Positions 1-9,911 of a stretch of 34,210 nucleotides of DNA are shown here, in pieces. The position numbers were made by a program, and so were the translations under genes. This DNA is from Chrysochromulina tobinii (lineage: Eukaryota). The stretch is taken from assembly GCA_001275005.1 (NCBI GenBank), contig JWZX01003332.1:1-34210 (forward strand). Reading direction: 5' to 3'. Position 1 is the stretch's first letter, and the number at the start of each line of letters is the position of its first letter. A model generated the notes under the pieces. The model made no database searches. It was not told the origin of the DNA and was given only the letters and a program-made list of their open reading frames with translations.

Positions 1-4
1 CAGG

Positions 5-76
5 CTCGACAGGCTAGGCCTCGACAGCGGCTCGACGGAGCCTCGACAACGCCTCGACAGCTCGACAGCTCGACAG
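5..76 (+). repeat. CTCGAC(AG) short degenerate tandem repeat, 7 copies, possibly truncated by the window edge
   Basis: CTCGAC starts at 5, 20, 31, 42, 53, 61 and 69, mostly as CTCGACAG. Confidence 0.75.
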
Positions 77-413
77 CCAGGGCTCAAGGGTGGCGACGAT
101 GGCGGGGCGCGGCGCGTGGAGACGACGGCGCCATCGTCGCCTCCCCCGGACGTTCTGCTCGGATGCCGTCCCACATTCGGGGACTTTCAACCCATCGAGG
201 TGAAATGTGATCCCGACGAATACATGCCGCTTCACCTTCAATTCAGTGCCGAAATAATAATTAACACGAACCTAAGCGAAGACGCGCCGTGTCTGCTTGT
301 ATCATGTGAAAAGCTAGTGGTAACCGCATCCGTATGTACGCCGGTCCGGTGTCTTGGGTGTCGAATTATAAACATTGGCTGTGAAAAAGGTCGGCTCGGG
401 CGCTGGGAGTGTT

Positions 414-1622
414 ATGGCGCTAACTGAGTATGCCAAGCAGCTGGGCGCCTTCATGACGCTCGTCGTCGTGCAGGCGATGGCCATCCTACTGTTCAAGCTT
501 TGCCAAAACGACGGCAAGTACACATTCAACCCAGCCTCCTCGGTGGCGCTCACGGAGATGTGCAAGCTCTTGCTGGCGGGGTCGCTGCACTACAACCACG
601 TCGCCTCGAGCAAGAAACCGCTCTGGGAGGGCGTATCACCTAAGATCGTCTTCCATTACCTCGGTCTCTCGATGATGTACACAATCAACAACCAGCTCTC
701 GTTCTACTGCCTGCAGCTGGCCGATCCGGGCTCGATGGCCCTTGGCAAGTCTATTGCGCCATACCTGTGCGCGCTGCTATTGCGCCTTGCCGGTGAGAGA
801 CTGCACGCGCTCAAATGGGTGTGCATCATCGTGCAATGCTGCGCCATTGCGATCGTACAATATGACGCCTGTAAGGGCACAGGCTACCTGCCCATGAAGG
901 CATACTACATGATCGGCACCGCGACGTCGATCACCGCGTTCACCTCGGTGTGGAACCAGCTCATCATCAAAGGCTTCGAGGTGCCTGCCAACCTGCAGAA
1001 CTCGTTCTTGTACGCTTTTGGCTCGGCGTTCGCGATTATCTCGTACCTGCACTCAGTGTCCGACACGCACGGGCGTGGTCACGGGCACGGGCACGCAGTC
1101 GACGGTCCCAAGGGCTTCTTCGAGGGGTACACGCTGCTAGCGTCGCTGCTTGTGCTCTTCCAGGCCTTTCATGGCCTTGCGGTCGCACTCGTGTACACGT
1201 ATGCCGACGCGATCGTCAAGAACTTTGCCAACTCATCGGTGATGGCCATCCTCATCATCATCTCGTACCTCTACTTTGGGCTCGAGACGACGCTGCACTC
1301 ATGGCTCGGCATCATCATCGTGCTCACCATCACCTACTGCTACATGAACCTTGCGTTGCGCAAAGACCTTTGCCAACTGTTGGACTGGAAACCACCATCC
1401 GAGCCGCCCGCCCAGGAGAAGGCCCATCTCCTCGAGGAGGGCGAGAAGACGGACGGCGAGGGCGGGGTGAGTGAGTCAAACTACACTGAGGGTGAGCTCG
1501 CGACGGCGCTCCGCAACTACGAGGCCTTCCATCAGATCCCAATCGGCAGTGCCACGGTCGAGCAGCTCCAGACCTCTTCGGCCAAGATAGGCGGCTGGTT
1601 GCGGGCTCGTCCCCCGTCTTGA
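414..1622 (+). CDS. Nucleotide-sugar transporter, SLC35A (CMP-sialic acid/UDP-galactose transporter) family
   Basis: About 10 hydrophobic segments. Family-type motifs S-V-x-L-T-E-x-x-K-L, Y-T-I-N-N-Q-L, QNSFLYAFG and YADAIVKNFA. First ATG is at 414; the track start at 375 is TTG. Confidence 0.85.
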   Translation: MALTEYAKQLGAFMTLVVVQAMAILLFKLCQNDGKYTFNPASSVALTEMCKLLLAGSLHYNHVASSKKPLWEGVSPKIVFHYLGLSMMYTINNQLSFYCLQLADPGSMALGKSIAPYLCALLLRLAGERLHALKWVCIIVQCCAIAIVQYDACKGTGYLPMKAYYMIGTATSITAFTSVWNQLIIKGFEVPANLQNSFLYAFGSAFAIISYLHSVSDTHGRGHGHGHAVDGPKGFFEGYTLLASLLVLFQAFHGLAVALVYTYADAIVKNFANSSVMAILIIISYLYFGLETTLHSWLGIIIVLTITYCYMNLALRKDLCQLLDWKPPSEPPAQEKAHLLEEGEKTDGEGGVSESNYTEGELATALRNYEAFHQIPIGSATVEQLQTSSAKIGGWLRARPPS

Positions 1623-1798
1623 AGAGAGGCTAGACACGACTTCATACATAAAAGCTCCTTCGAAATTAGCACGATCGTATAAAAACTATTGGAGCAACGC
1701 GGTGGAACACACAACGCGTTATTAACACCGGCTGCTCAATGGAAGCTGCTAGCCGGTCGTCACCGATCGTCTACACCCTTCCCCCTACAAAAGGAGTT

Positions 1799-1952
1799 CA
1801 CTGAGTTCAAAATCAGGTGGTGGGGATAGTGTGTGAATCCAGAAAGAATACCCTCGACCTACCCCTTTGGGTCAACCACTGAGTTCAAAATCAGGTGGTG
1901 GGGATAGTGTGTGAATCCAGAAAGAATACCCTCCCCTACCCCTTTGGGTCAA
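1799..1952 (+). repeat. Two tandem copies of a ~78-bp dispersed repeat (CACTGAGTTCAAAATCAGGTGGTGGGGATAGTGTGTGAATCCAGAAAGAATACCCTC..CTACCCCTTTGGGTCAA)
   Basis: Copies at 1799-1875 and 1877-1952 differ only at GA versus C in the CCCTC..CCTAC segment; related copies at 9879-10010. Confidence 0.95.
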
Positions 1953-1988
1953 GACCGGGCATTCAATTCAAATAAGGTCCAAACGAAC

Positions 1989-4213
1989 TTAGCGGCGTGG
2001 GGTGAGGGGGAACGTGTCGGCGCCGGTGCGCCCCGTGTAGCTCGTGCGGAAGAAGGCGCCCGGGTTGAGGCGCGCGTAGTCTCGGTGGTACGCCTCACGG
2101 CCAACGCTGGGCGCGATGCCAAGTGCCGCGCTTAATCTGCGGAGTGTGCCGTCTGCGTCGCCGGCTTCGGGCCCGACAATGTTGAGGAGCTCGTGCCGAT
2201 AGATGGGTGTGATATTCATTGGCTCGGCGCGGCGCGTAGGGCGCGGACGACCCCGAGTCGACCCAGCGAGAACGCTCGCCGAGGTGCCTCGTAGCCTTAA
2301 CTCTCTCTGGGCCGCTGACTCACGCCACGACGGCGAATGGCGGGGGTTGTCTGCTGGCAGAGGAGGGCGCACAGCCGAAGGCTGGGCGGCAAACGGACCG
2401 GCGCCAAGACCAGCGGCAAGGGCCGCAGCGCTGGCCACAGCGCCAGGGCGCGGCGGATCGAGGGCCGCCGCGGCCGCGCTCGCTTTCCGCACGGCCCCTT
2501 GATTGCGGCTTCTCGGGGCTGCAGGCGGCGGGGATTGTATCGCCGATGCCGGTGGTGCCGATGCAGGCGGTGCCGCCAGGGCCGGCGGTGCTGGTGCCGG
2601 CGATGCCGGGGCCGGCGGTGCATACTTGTGCAGGAGTTCTTCCACCCGCTCTGCCCGAGAAACAACGGCCAGTGGCAGTGCCATTGGTTTCGGGACCGCC
2701 GGCACCGGCAATGCCGGCACCCACTTGATCACTGGCATCGCCTCCACCTGCGTCGCCAGCGCCATGACCCCCGCAAAGTAATGCCGATCCACGGGTGCCC
2801 TCCAGCGCGGCTGGATGCTCTCCTCCTCCCTGAGGGCCACGTCGTTCTTCAGCGTTCCCCCCCCGCCGACCGTGGCCATAGTCGGTACCACGACTGCGAG
2901 AGGCGAAGGGACTCCAGGCGTCATGGACGATCCGTGCGGCGCCGCCTGTCCGAGCGGCGGCGATGACGACGGCGATGGATCGGATAAGGGCGCCAATGGC
3001 TCGGGCCTCGGTACGGGCACCGGGGCCTGTCCTTGATCATGCTCCACAAACTGCACCCTGAGCGGTCGATCATCAGCCGCAGGCGGCTGCGCAGGCGGTG
3101 GTGGCGGCGCCGGTGATGGCGGCGGTGGCGGCGGTGGCGGTGGTGACGGCCGAAGCTGCGGCTGTGACTGCAGCGGCTGTGGTTGCGGCAGCTGGGGCAG
3201 CGGCAGTGGCGCTTGCATGCAATACGGCTGCAGAGGCAGGCTTTTTGGCAAGGTGATGCGCGGCTCCAGCGCGGCCGCCTCGGCTGCTTCGGCCCGTAGC
3301 GCCGTCTCCTCCGCCTCCAGCGCCTCGTTCTCCGCCTCGAGCGCCGCCACCACCTGCGCCCCCAAGGCTGCCGCCTCCACCTCCGCTGCAGCCTCCGCCT
3401 CCTCCGCCTCCTCTGCCTCCTCCGCCTCCTCCGCCTCGAGCAGTGCAAGCTCGCGCGCCTCCTCCGCCTCCAACTCGGCCAATTGCTCCGCCAGCGCTTG
3501 ATCCTCGTCCGAATACTCGGACGCCGTGAGCTGTCCCCCTCCAGACAAGAGGACGCCTCCCGGCAGCAGCCTGCCTACCGACAGGGCGTTCAGCTCGTCC
3601 ATTAGAGTGCGCTCTTCCGCCGCCAGCGCCGCCTCCGCCTGCAGCAGCGCCTCCGCCTCCCCCTCTGCCTCCGCCTCTGCCGCCGCCTCGGCCTCCGCCA
3701 CAACCGGCGTGGGTGGTGGCGTCGGGGGAGGCGCCCACGAGGGCTGTGCCCACGAGCCCTGTGCACACGAGGCGCCCAGGACGGCGCCACACGAGGCGCA
3801 CAGGACGGCGCCACACGAGGCCTGCGCGAGTGGCGCAGAGGACGGCGCTCTCGCCAGTGCGCCGGCCAGCTGTGTGCTCAGCTGAGTGCTCTGTGGAATG
3901 AGCTGCTCTGTGGAATGAGTGCTCAGCTGAGTGCTCGCCGCCGCTGGTGCGAGCGCCGCCGCGGGCGCGAGCGCCGCCGCGGGTGCGAGCGACGGCGCTG
4001 ACGACGGTGCGAACGACAGCGCAAACGACGGCGCAAGCAACGGTTCGGGCGCGAGCGGCGGTGGCGGCGGGGAGGGCGGAGCGGGCGGCGGCGCGGCGCC
4101 GGGAGGCGGCGGCGGCGGCGGCGCGGCCATCACCTCGAGCACCATCTGCTCAGCCACGAGCAATTCATTCTGCAGTTCGGACCACCTACTGAACGCGTCA
4201 CCGCCGCCGCCGC

Positions 4214-4254
<41 letters not shown>

Positions 4255-5150
4255 AAGGCGCCTCTGCGGTCGAAGCCGCCGGCGCCGAAGCCGCAGAAGC
4301 CGCCGCCGCTGCTGCTGATGCTGCTCGCGGCGGAGCCTGCGAGCCCGTACTTCTCCGCGAGGAAGTCTGCGATGGCAGTGGCGGTGGCCGCGGTTGGTGC
4401 TGTCTCCCAGGGTGCCGTGTCACGGCGCGGCAGTGTCGCACGGAAGGCGGAGGCAAGGGCGGCATTCTGCGAGGGCCGCGAGTTCGACGAGGGCACGAGC
4501 GGAGAGGGCGGCCATGTCCCTGGGTGCCATGAGTCTGTATCGAATTTGTCATTGTCCTCGACGAGCACGTCGTCCGCGCAAAAGTGCCCGGCGAAATGGC
4601 TCGCATGGCCAGTAGGCGAAGGTGGCCACTCGACGTGCAGGCTAGACGGCCACGCGACGCGAGCGCTCGGCTGGTCGGCCGCAGGTATCGGGACCGGCGG
4701 TGGGATGGCTCTCTCGGGGTCAGGCAGCTCGAGTACGCGTCTGTGGCACTCGCTCAGCAGCGCCGCAGCACCTTCTCGGCCAGCCCCGACCTCATTCAGC
4801 CAACGTCCGTCTGGCGCCAGCAGCTTGAGCTCTGTCGGCACGGCCTGCCCGCAGCACCGGCACCGCAACACCTTGAGACCCATGCCGCAGCGTTTGCGAA
4901 GCTGCCACGCACGCTCATCTTGCACTAGGAGAGCGCAGCTCTTGCAAACTTGGACTCCGAGGGCGGTCAAGTATGGTTCGCTGCTTGCGATCCGGCTGTC
5001 GGCTGGCACACCGCACACGGTGCAGCGTTCCCGCTCGGAATCCTGCATCGGCTTCAGTGGCGCTGCCACGAGCGGCGCACAGACAGGACAGATCTCGAGC
5101 AGGTCGAGCAGCGTCGTCGGCCCAATCCCAATGCCCATCATGGAGGCCAT
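1989..5150 (-). CDS. Large Pro/Ala/Glu-rich low-complexity protein with N-terminal Cys-rich (ADD/GATA-like) zinc finger
   Basis: 3.2-kb uninterrupted ORF. The ATG at 5150 is in AAAAATG context (an upstream ATG at 5270 is possible). CPVC, CTVC, CKSC and CRCC pairs, poly-Pro tracts and a Glu/Ala coiled coil. Confidence 0.65.
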
Positions 5151-5482
5151 TTTTATCGAGACACGAGAGAAAAACACAGCACCTGCCGTGAAGCCTTTTC
5201 TTGTCCGACGAGAGGAAAGCGACCTAGGCCATCGCGAGACCAACCGCCCCCCGAGGGCGTGCCACGACATGTATCATGTTCACTAATCACTAGGACGATG
5301 AACGCACAACGATCGCCTCAGGGCCAAAAAAGACGGTCCTGCGCGTTGCCCAGCATTCTTCTCTTAGCGGTGCACCTGCAGAAGCTCGCTTTTCCTAAGC
5401 AGGAGGTTCTGGACCTGAGTCCGCGCTCTCATGCACAGCACATTGCACCCCCGTCATTCTAGAGGGTCGATCGGTGACGCGT

Positions 5483-6130
5483 CTACTGCGCGAGGTCGGC
5501 GGCGCGCTGGGCGAACCAACCGCCGAGCAGGATGCCCTCCTCCGTCGAGTCGGTCGAGGCCCAGGTGGTGCCGGTCACGGCCTCCTGCGCAATGAAGCCG
5601 GCCGCGGCGAGCATGCCGAGGCGGCCGTGCGAGAGCTCGCGCTCCTGCATCAGCTTGAACTCAGCCGGGTCGGTGGGCTTGAGGCCGAGCGGGTCCCACG
5701 CGAGGTCACCGGGGTAGTAGTCCTCCTTGAGCAGGTTGCCGGAGATGTCCTTGCCCTCGTACGGGTTCGCCCAGCCCTTCTGGATGCGCAACGACTCGCA
5801 GACGCCGATTGCGAGCGTCATGCCGAACCACAGAGGCGGCGGGAGCTGCGGGATCTGCTCGATGGCCGGGCCGTTGTCGCCCGAGAAGAGCGGGTGGAAG
5901 AACTCCTGCACCAGGAAGCCCGCGGCGGCGAGCATGCCGACGCGGCCGTGGGTGAGCTCGGCCTCGCGGAAGCGGTACACCTCATTCTTGCTCTTGCCGG
6001 CGCAGAACCCGGCCGGGTCGAAGTCGCCCGCCGGCGCAATGTTGCCGGGGAGGCCGTAGCAGAAATCGGTGGCCTGCATGGTGATGACGGGCGCGCGCAT
6101 GGCGAGGGTCGCGGAATGGATGAGCTGCAT
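5483..6130 (-). CDS. LHCX: Light-harvesting chlorophyll a/c-binding protein, stress-related Lhcx/LI818 (LHCSR) clade
   Basis: FDPAGF..REAELTHGRVGMLA, LVQEFFHPLF..GPAI.QIPQ, RIQKGW..P, PGDLAWDPLGLKP, ELSHGRLGMLA; strong C/G3 codon bias. Confidence 0.93.
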   Translation of the reverse strand: MQLIHSATLAMRAPVITMQATDFCYGLPGNIAPAGDFDPAGFCAGKSKNEVYRFREAELTHGRVGMLAAAGFLVQEFFHPLFSGDNGPAIEQIPQLPPPLWFGMTLAIGVCESLRIQKGWANPYEGKDISGNLLKEDYYPGDLAWDPLGLKPTDPAEFKLMQERELSHGRLGMLAAAGFIAQEAVTGTTWASTDSTEEGILLGGWFAQRAADLAQ

Positions 6131-6144
6131 TTGTCTTTTGTGTT

Positions 6145-6378
6145 CTGCGAGGGACAGAGAAGCAGCGGCGTGCGTGAGTATTGTATGTTTCTTGGGGAGC
6201 GCGCGTGCGCAGCGCGAGGTAGCGCGAGCCCGACGCGATTTCGCGGCGAGAGAGTGAACAGTGAACGCGTGTGTGAATGCACGCGTGTATGCATGTTTCG
6301 GACCACCGGTGCTGGCCGTGGTGCGTGCAGTGCCGGTCGAGACGCGGGAGCCGGCACCAGGCCGCGGGCGGGTCGCAC
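6145..6378 (-). other. Putative 5'-UTR spliceosomal intron of Lhcx
   Basis: Minus strand: CG|GTGCGA donor at 6378, TACTCAC branch-point-like motif at 6180-6174, pyrimidine tract then TCGCAG| acceptor 14 nt upstream of the ATG. The donor position is less certain than the acceptor. Confidence 0.55.
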
Positions 6379-6664
6379 CGTCGGGGCTGCGCTAATTGAA
6401 GTCTTTTCTGGGAAACGACCCTGCGGCCTCGAATCTAGAAAGTGGATTCCTTCGTGTCATACTTGTACGAAAATGGAATGAATCTTGAATGAAACCCTTT
6501 TGGTCTCGACGGTGCTGGACGGTCAGTCCACACTTTGCGTCACCCGAAGCCGCGTGGGAGTCGCGCTGATCGACGATCAAAACGCGCCCCGGATGGGCGG
6601 AGATGCATGCTTGAGGGCGAATGGCTTCAATCGACATCCGTGCGCTCGTGCGTCGCGCCGTCGA

Positions 6665-9013
6665 TCAGCGCTCAGCTGCCAGAGCAGCCTTGAGCTGCGT
6701 CTCGCGCTGCTCGAGCACCTGCTGCACGTGCATCCGGGCCTCGCGTGACACGCGCACCTTCTGCTCGAGTGCGCCCACACGCGCGCGCGCCGAGTGGAGC
6801 TCGGCCGCGAGGTTCTCGTTGTCGGCAAGGCGCGCCAGAGCCTCGGAGCGCGCGCTCTCTTCGCGCTCACGAGCGACCTTGACGTCCTGGGCGAGCGCGG
6901 CCAGCTTGTCGTACGCAAGGGTGAGCTGGTCTTGCAGCTTGGTGGATGCGCTGCTCGATTGGGCGACGCGGCCGTTGGCACCCTCGGCGCGCTGCTCAAA
7001 GGCTTTGCTCGTGGTCTCGTATGCTGCGAGCTGTTTCTCCTTGGCGAGGAGAGCGTCCTGGGCATTCGAGAGCTTCTCCAGCAGGAGCCGCTGCTGCTCC
7101 GCACGCATCTTGAGCTCCGCGCGCGCGACCGACAGCTGCTCCGTCGCGCGCTCGGCCACCTTCGCGACCCCGGCGATCTTGGACTGCTGCTCTCGTAGCT
7201 CGCGATGCGCCTCGGCGAGCTCCGCCTCTTTGGCCATGACGATCTGCTCCTTCATGTCGGTGAGCGCGCCCTGCGCCTCGCTCAGCTGCGCCTTCGAGTG
7301 CCGCTGCGCGCTCTTCTCGGCGCCCAGCTGCGCCCAGAGCATCTCGTGCCGAGCCTTCCATTCGTGAATTTCAGCTTGCGCCTTCTTGAGGTCTCTTTTG
7401 GCCTCGTTGAGGGCATCCTCGCGCTGAGCCGCTTCGACGCCGCGCTCCATCTCGAGCTGTACCTCGAGCTTGCCGATCTGCGCCTTGGCTTGCACGAGCT
7501 CCTCCGCCTTAAGCTTCAAATGCGCCTCGTAGGTCCCCACGGAGTCGAGCGCGTGCTTCGCCTGCTGACGGAGTGGCACGTTCGCGTCCTGCGCGTCGCG
7601 CACTCTCTGTTCGGCAGCAAGGACGCGTGCCTCGTGCATCGCGAGAGCTGAACGCAGCTCCGAGGCGGCACGCTCCGCCTCCGCCTGCTGCCGCTTCGCC
7701 CCATACAGCTCCGTGAGCAGCTTGCCCTCGCTGTCGGCGCGCGCCTCGGACGACTGCTCCGCGATCCGCAGCTGCTCCTTGAGGGACGATCGCTCCGCCT
7801 CGGCCATGCGCGCCACTGCTTGCGCCTGCTCGAGCAGCACTCGCTCTTCGGCACGCTCGCGCTCGCGCTCGAGCAGCCGCGCCTGGCACGAGCCAAGCTT
7901 CGCCGCCAGCTTCGCCTCGCGCTGCGAGAGGCCGTGCGCCTCCTCTCTCGCGGTGGCCAGCAGCCCCTCGGCCTTTCGCCTCTCATACCGCTCGGCATCG
8001 TATTTGACTCGCATCTCGCCCAAGCCGGCCTCGGCGTCCGCAAGGCGCGCGGCGCGCGCGGCCTTCGCGTGCTCCTCCGCCGCGCCGCGCACATCCTCGC
8101 TGTCGCCCGCCTCGAGACGTGATAGCTTGGCGCGTGCGTCGCGCAGGTCCGCCTGCTGGGCCTCGAGGCGCGCCTCCGCCGCGCCAAGGAGGGCCTTGAG
8201 CTCCGCACGCGAGGCGGCCTCGGCGGCGGCGGCGGCGGTCGCGGCGGTCTCGCGCGCGCGGCTCTCCGCCTTCGCGCGGCTCGCCGCCGCAAGCTCCCCG
8301 TGCGCCTGCTCCACCTGCCTGCGCAGCTCGGCCACCTGCTCCTCGAGCCGCTCGCTCTTCTGATGCGCGCGGTCCGCACGCTCGTTGAGCATCTTGAACT
8401 GAGCGTCGTGCGCGGCGCCATGCTGCTCGCGCACGCGCAGCGCGCGCTGCAGCTCCGCCGCCTGCCGCTGCGCCGCCAGCTTCGCTTCCTGAGAGGCAAC
8501 GTGCTGCGAGCGCAGCTGTGACACCTCCTCTCCCATCCGCCTCAGCTCGTCGCTACCGATGCGCATGGCCTCGCGAAGGGACTCGAGGTGCTCGTTGGCG
8601 GCCTCGGCCCGTGCCGCCTCGAGCTGCCGCGCCGCCTCGAGCTGCCGCACCTCCACTGCGGGCGGCTGCGTCCGCCCGCTCTCCACGAGGGCACGCAGCT
8701 TGTCGTTCTCCTCACGGAGCGCCTTGATGAGCCGCGTCGAGGCAGCGTGCTGCACCGAGAGGGTGCTGAACTGCGAACGCGTGTTTTCGACGGTGCGCTG
8801 CAGATCGTCCATACGCGCGAGCTCCGCGTGCCGCAAGTCGTTGAGCTGGAGCAATTCCTGATCGAGGAGCTGCTCGCGGGACGGCGAGTTCGCCATGCGG
8901 GAGGGTGAGAGCGACTTCCGAGTGGGCGAGAGCGACTTGAGCCAGTTGGGCGTCGTTTGCTGAGCGTCCCCGGGCGACATTACCATAGATGTTGACCTCG
9001 ACGATGCGTCCAT
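6665..9013 (-). CDS. Long coiled-coil protein of unknown function (782 aa)
   Basis: Continuous heptad-like E/A/R/L/Q-rich sequence after an SP-rich N-terminus; good codon bias. Confidence 0.8.
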   Translation of the reverse strand: MDASSRSTSMVMSPGDAQQTTPNWLKSLSPTRKSLSPSRMANSPSREQLLDQELLQLNDLRHAELARMDDLQRTVENTRSQFSTLSVQHAASTRLIKALREENDKLRALVESGRTQPPAVEVRQLEAARQLEAARAEAANEHLESLREAMRIGSDELRRMGEEVSQLRSQHVASQEAKLAAQRQAAELQRALRVREQHGAAHDAQFKMLNERADRAHQKSERLEEQVAELRRQVEQAHGELAAASRAKAESRARETAATAAAAAEAASRAELKALLGAAEARLEAQQADLRDARAKLSRLEAGDSEDVRGAAEEHAKAARAARLADAEAGLGEMRVKYDAERYERRKAEGLLATAREEAHGLSQREAKLAAKLGSCQARLLERERERAEERVLLEQAQAVARMAEAERSSLKEQLRIAEQSSEARADSEGKLLTELYGAKRQQAEAERAASELRSALAMHEARVLAAEQRVRDAQDANVPLRQQAKHALDSVGTYEAHLKLKAEELVQAKAQIGKLEVQLEMERGVEAAQREDALNEAKRDLKKAQAEIHEWKARHEMLWAQLGAEKSAQRHSKAQLSEAQGALTDMKEQIVMAKEAELAEAHRELREQQSKIAGVAKVAERATEQLSVARAELKMRAEQQRLLLEKLSNAQDALLAKEKQLAAYETTSKAFEQRAEGANGRVAQSSSASTKLQDQLTLAYDKLAALAQDVKVAREREESARSEALARLADNENLAAELHSARARVGALEQKVRVSREARMHVQQVLEQRETQLKAALAAER

Positions 9014-9164
9014 GACGAAGGGAGGCGGCGCCGGGACGCCATTTAGGAGTTGTGGACACGCAAAAATTCGCGCTTGGTCACTTCGATGAAGAAGATCTTT
9101 GTCATCATAATTGCTCGAGAACGTTGTGTGTGAATATTGGCGCAGACAACTGAATTCCTACGGC

Positions 9165-9911
9165 ATGCCGCAGATCACGTGGGGCAAGGCCGGCGAAGGC
9201 ACATGGCAAAAGGTGGGCGACGCGTGCAACGTGTGTGGCCCCGATGGCTGCGACCACACGCACATGCCCACCGGCCTTGAGCAGTCGCTTGAGGAGATGG
9301 AGTTCGCGCGCTCCGCTTGCAGCGCGGCGCAGGCCGGCGACCTCGAGAAGCTGCGGCGCTGCTTGGAGCGCAACCCGGCCGCCGTTTATCACGATGGTGG
9401 CAACGGACGCACAGGTTACACGCCGCTTCACTACGCGGCTCGCAGCGGCAGCACGGATTGCGTCTCGCTGCTGCTGCGCAGCTCCGCGCCCGTGTTAGCA
9501 CGCACGACCGGCGGCGCGACGCCGCTCATGCGGGCGGCGACTGCCGGGCACGCGGCCGTCTGCACGCTGCTGCTGCGCGCAGGCTCGGAGGCCCTTGCAT
9601 TCGACAGCGACGGCGAAACGCCGCTGCACAAGGCAGCGGCGGCGCAGCAGCCCGAGGCCTTCAAGGTGCTGCTGAAGGCGTGCCCGGACGCGGCCGAGAT
9701 GCTCAACCGGCGTGGCAAGCGGCCTTGGGATTTGTTGGCTCTCGACGTCGCGGCAGCCGCCGTCCTGGTCGCCCCGGCTCCTGCTTCTGCTACGCCCGAG
9801 GCGGTCGTCGCCGAAAGCCCAGTGAGCGCGCCCATGAGGCCGTCCTGTGAGACGGCCGGGTACATTGCACGCAGGGGTAGTTCAAAATCAGGTGGTCGGG
9901 ATAGTGTGTGA
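9165..9911 (+). CDS. ANKRD39: Ankyrin repeat protein, ANKRD39-like
   Basis: EQSLEEMEFARSACSAAQAGDL resembles the ANKRD39 N-terminus ([21 protein letters not shown]). Ankyrin repeats GYTPLHYAA, GATPLMRAA, GETPLHKAA. First ATG is at 9165. Confidence 0.8.
   Translation: MPQITWGKAGEGTWQKVGDACNVCGPDGCDHTHMPTGLEQSLEEMEFARSACSAAQAGDLEKLRRCLERNPAAVYHDGGNGRTGYTPLHYAARSGSTDCVSLLLRSSAPVLARTTGGATPLMRAATAGHAAVCTLLLRAGSEALAFDSDGETPLHKAAAAQQPEAFKVLLKACPDAAEMLNRRGKRPWDLLALDVAAAAVLVAPAPASATPEAVVAESPVSAPMRPSCETAGYIARRGSSKSGGRDSV

Noticed and set aside
1799..1952. CRISPR-like repeat array
   Set aside because: The units repeat over their whole length with no unique spacers, there are no cas genes, and the context is eukaryotic
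2337..2966. A second Lhcx gene on the plus strand
   Set aside because: Similarity is limited to ~15 codons with no chlorophyll-binding helices; reported as a captured fragment instead
3733..3937. Short repeats and CTCAGCTGAG palindromes as a mobile element
   Set aside because: In-frame coding micro-duplications (SCGAVL, STQL) within a low-complexity protein; no termini or target-site duplication
3931..5286. 451-aa plus-strand ORF and the many other long overlapping ORFs (e.g. 5474-6481, 7516-8499, 30849-32021, 32951-34108)
   Set aside because: Antisense or off-frame shadows of real genes, caused by high GC and codon bias; they have no domain motifs
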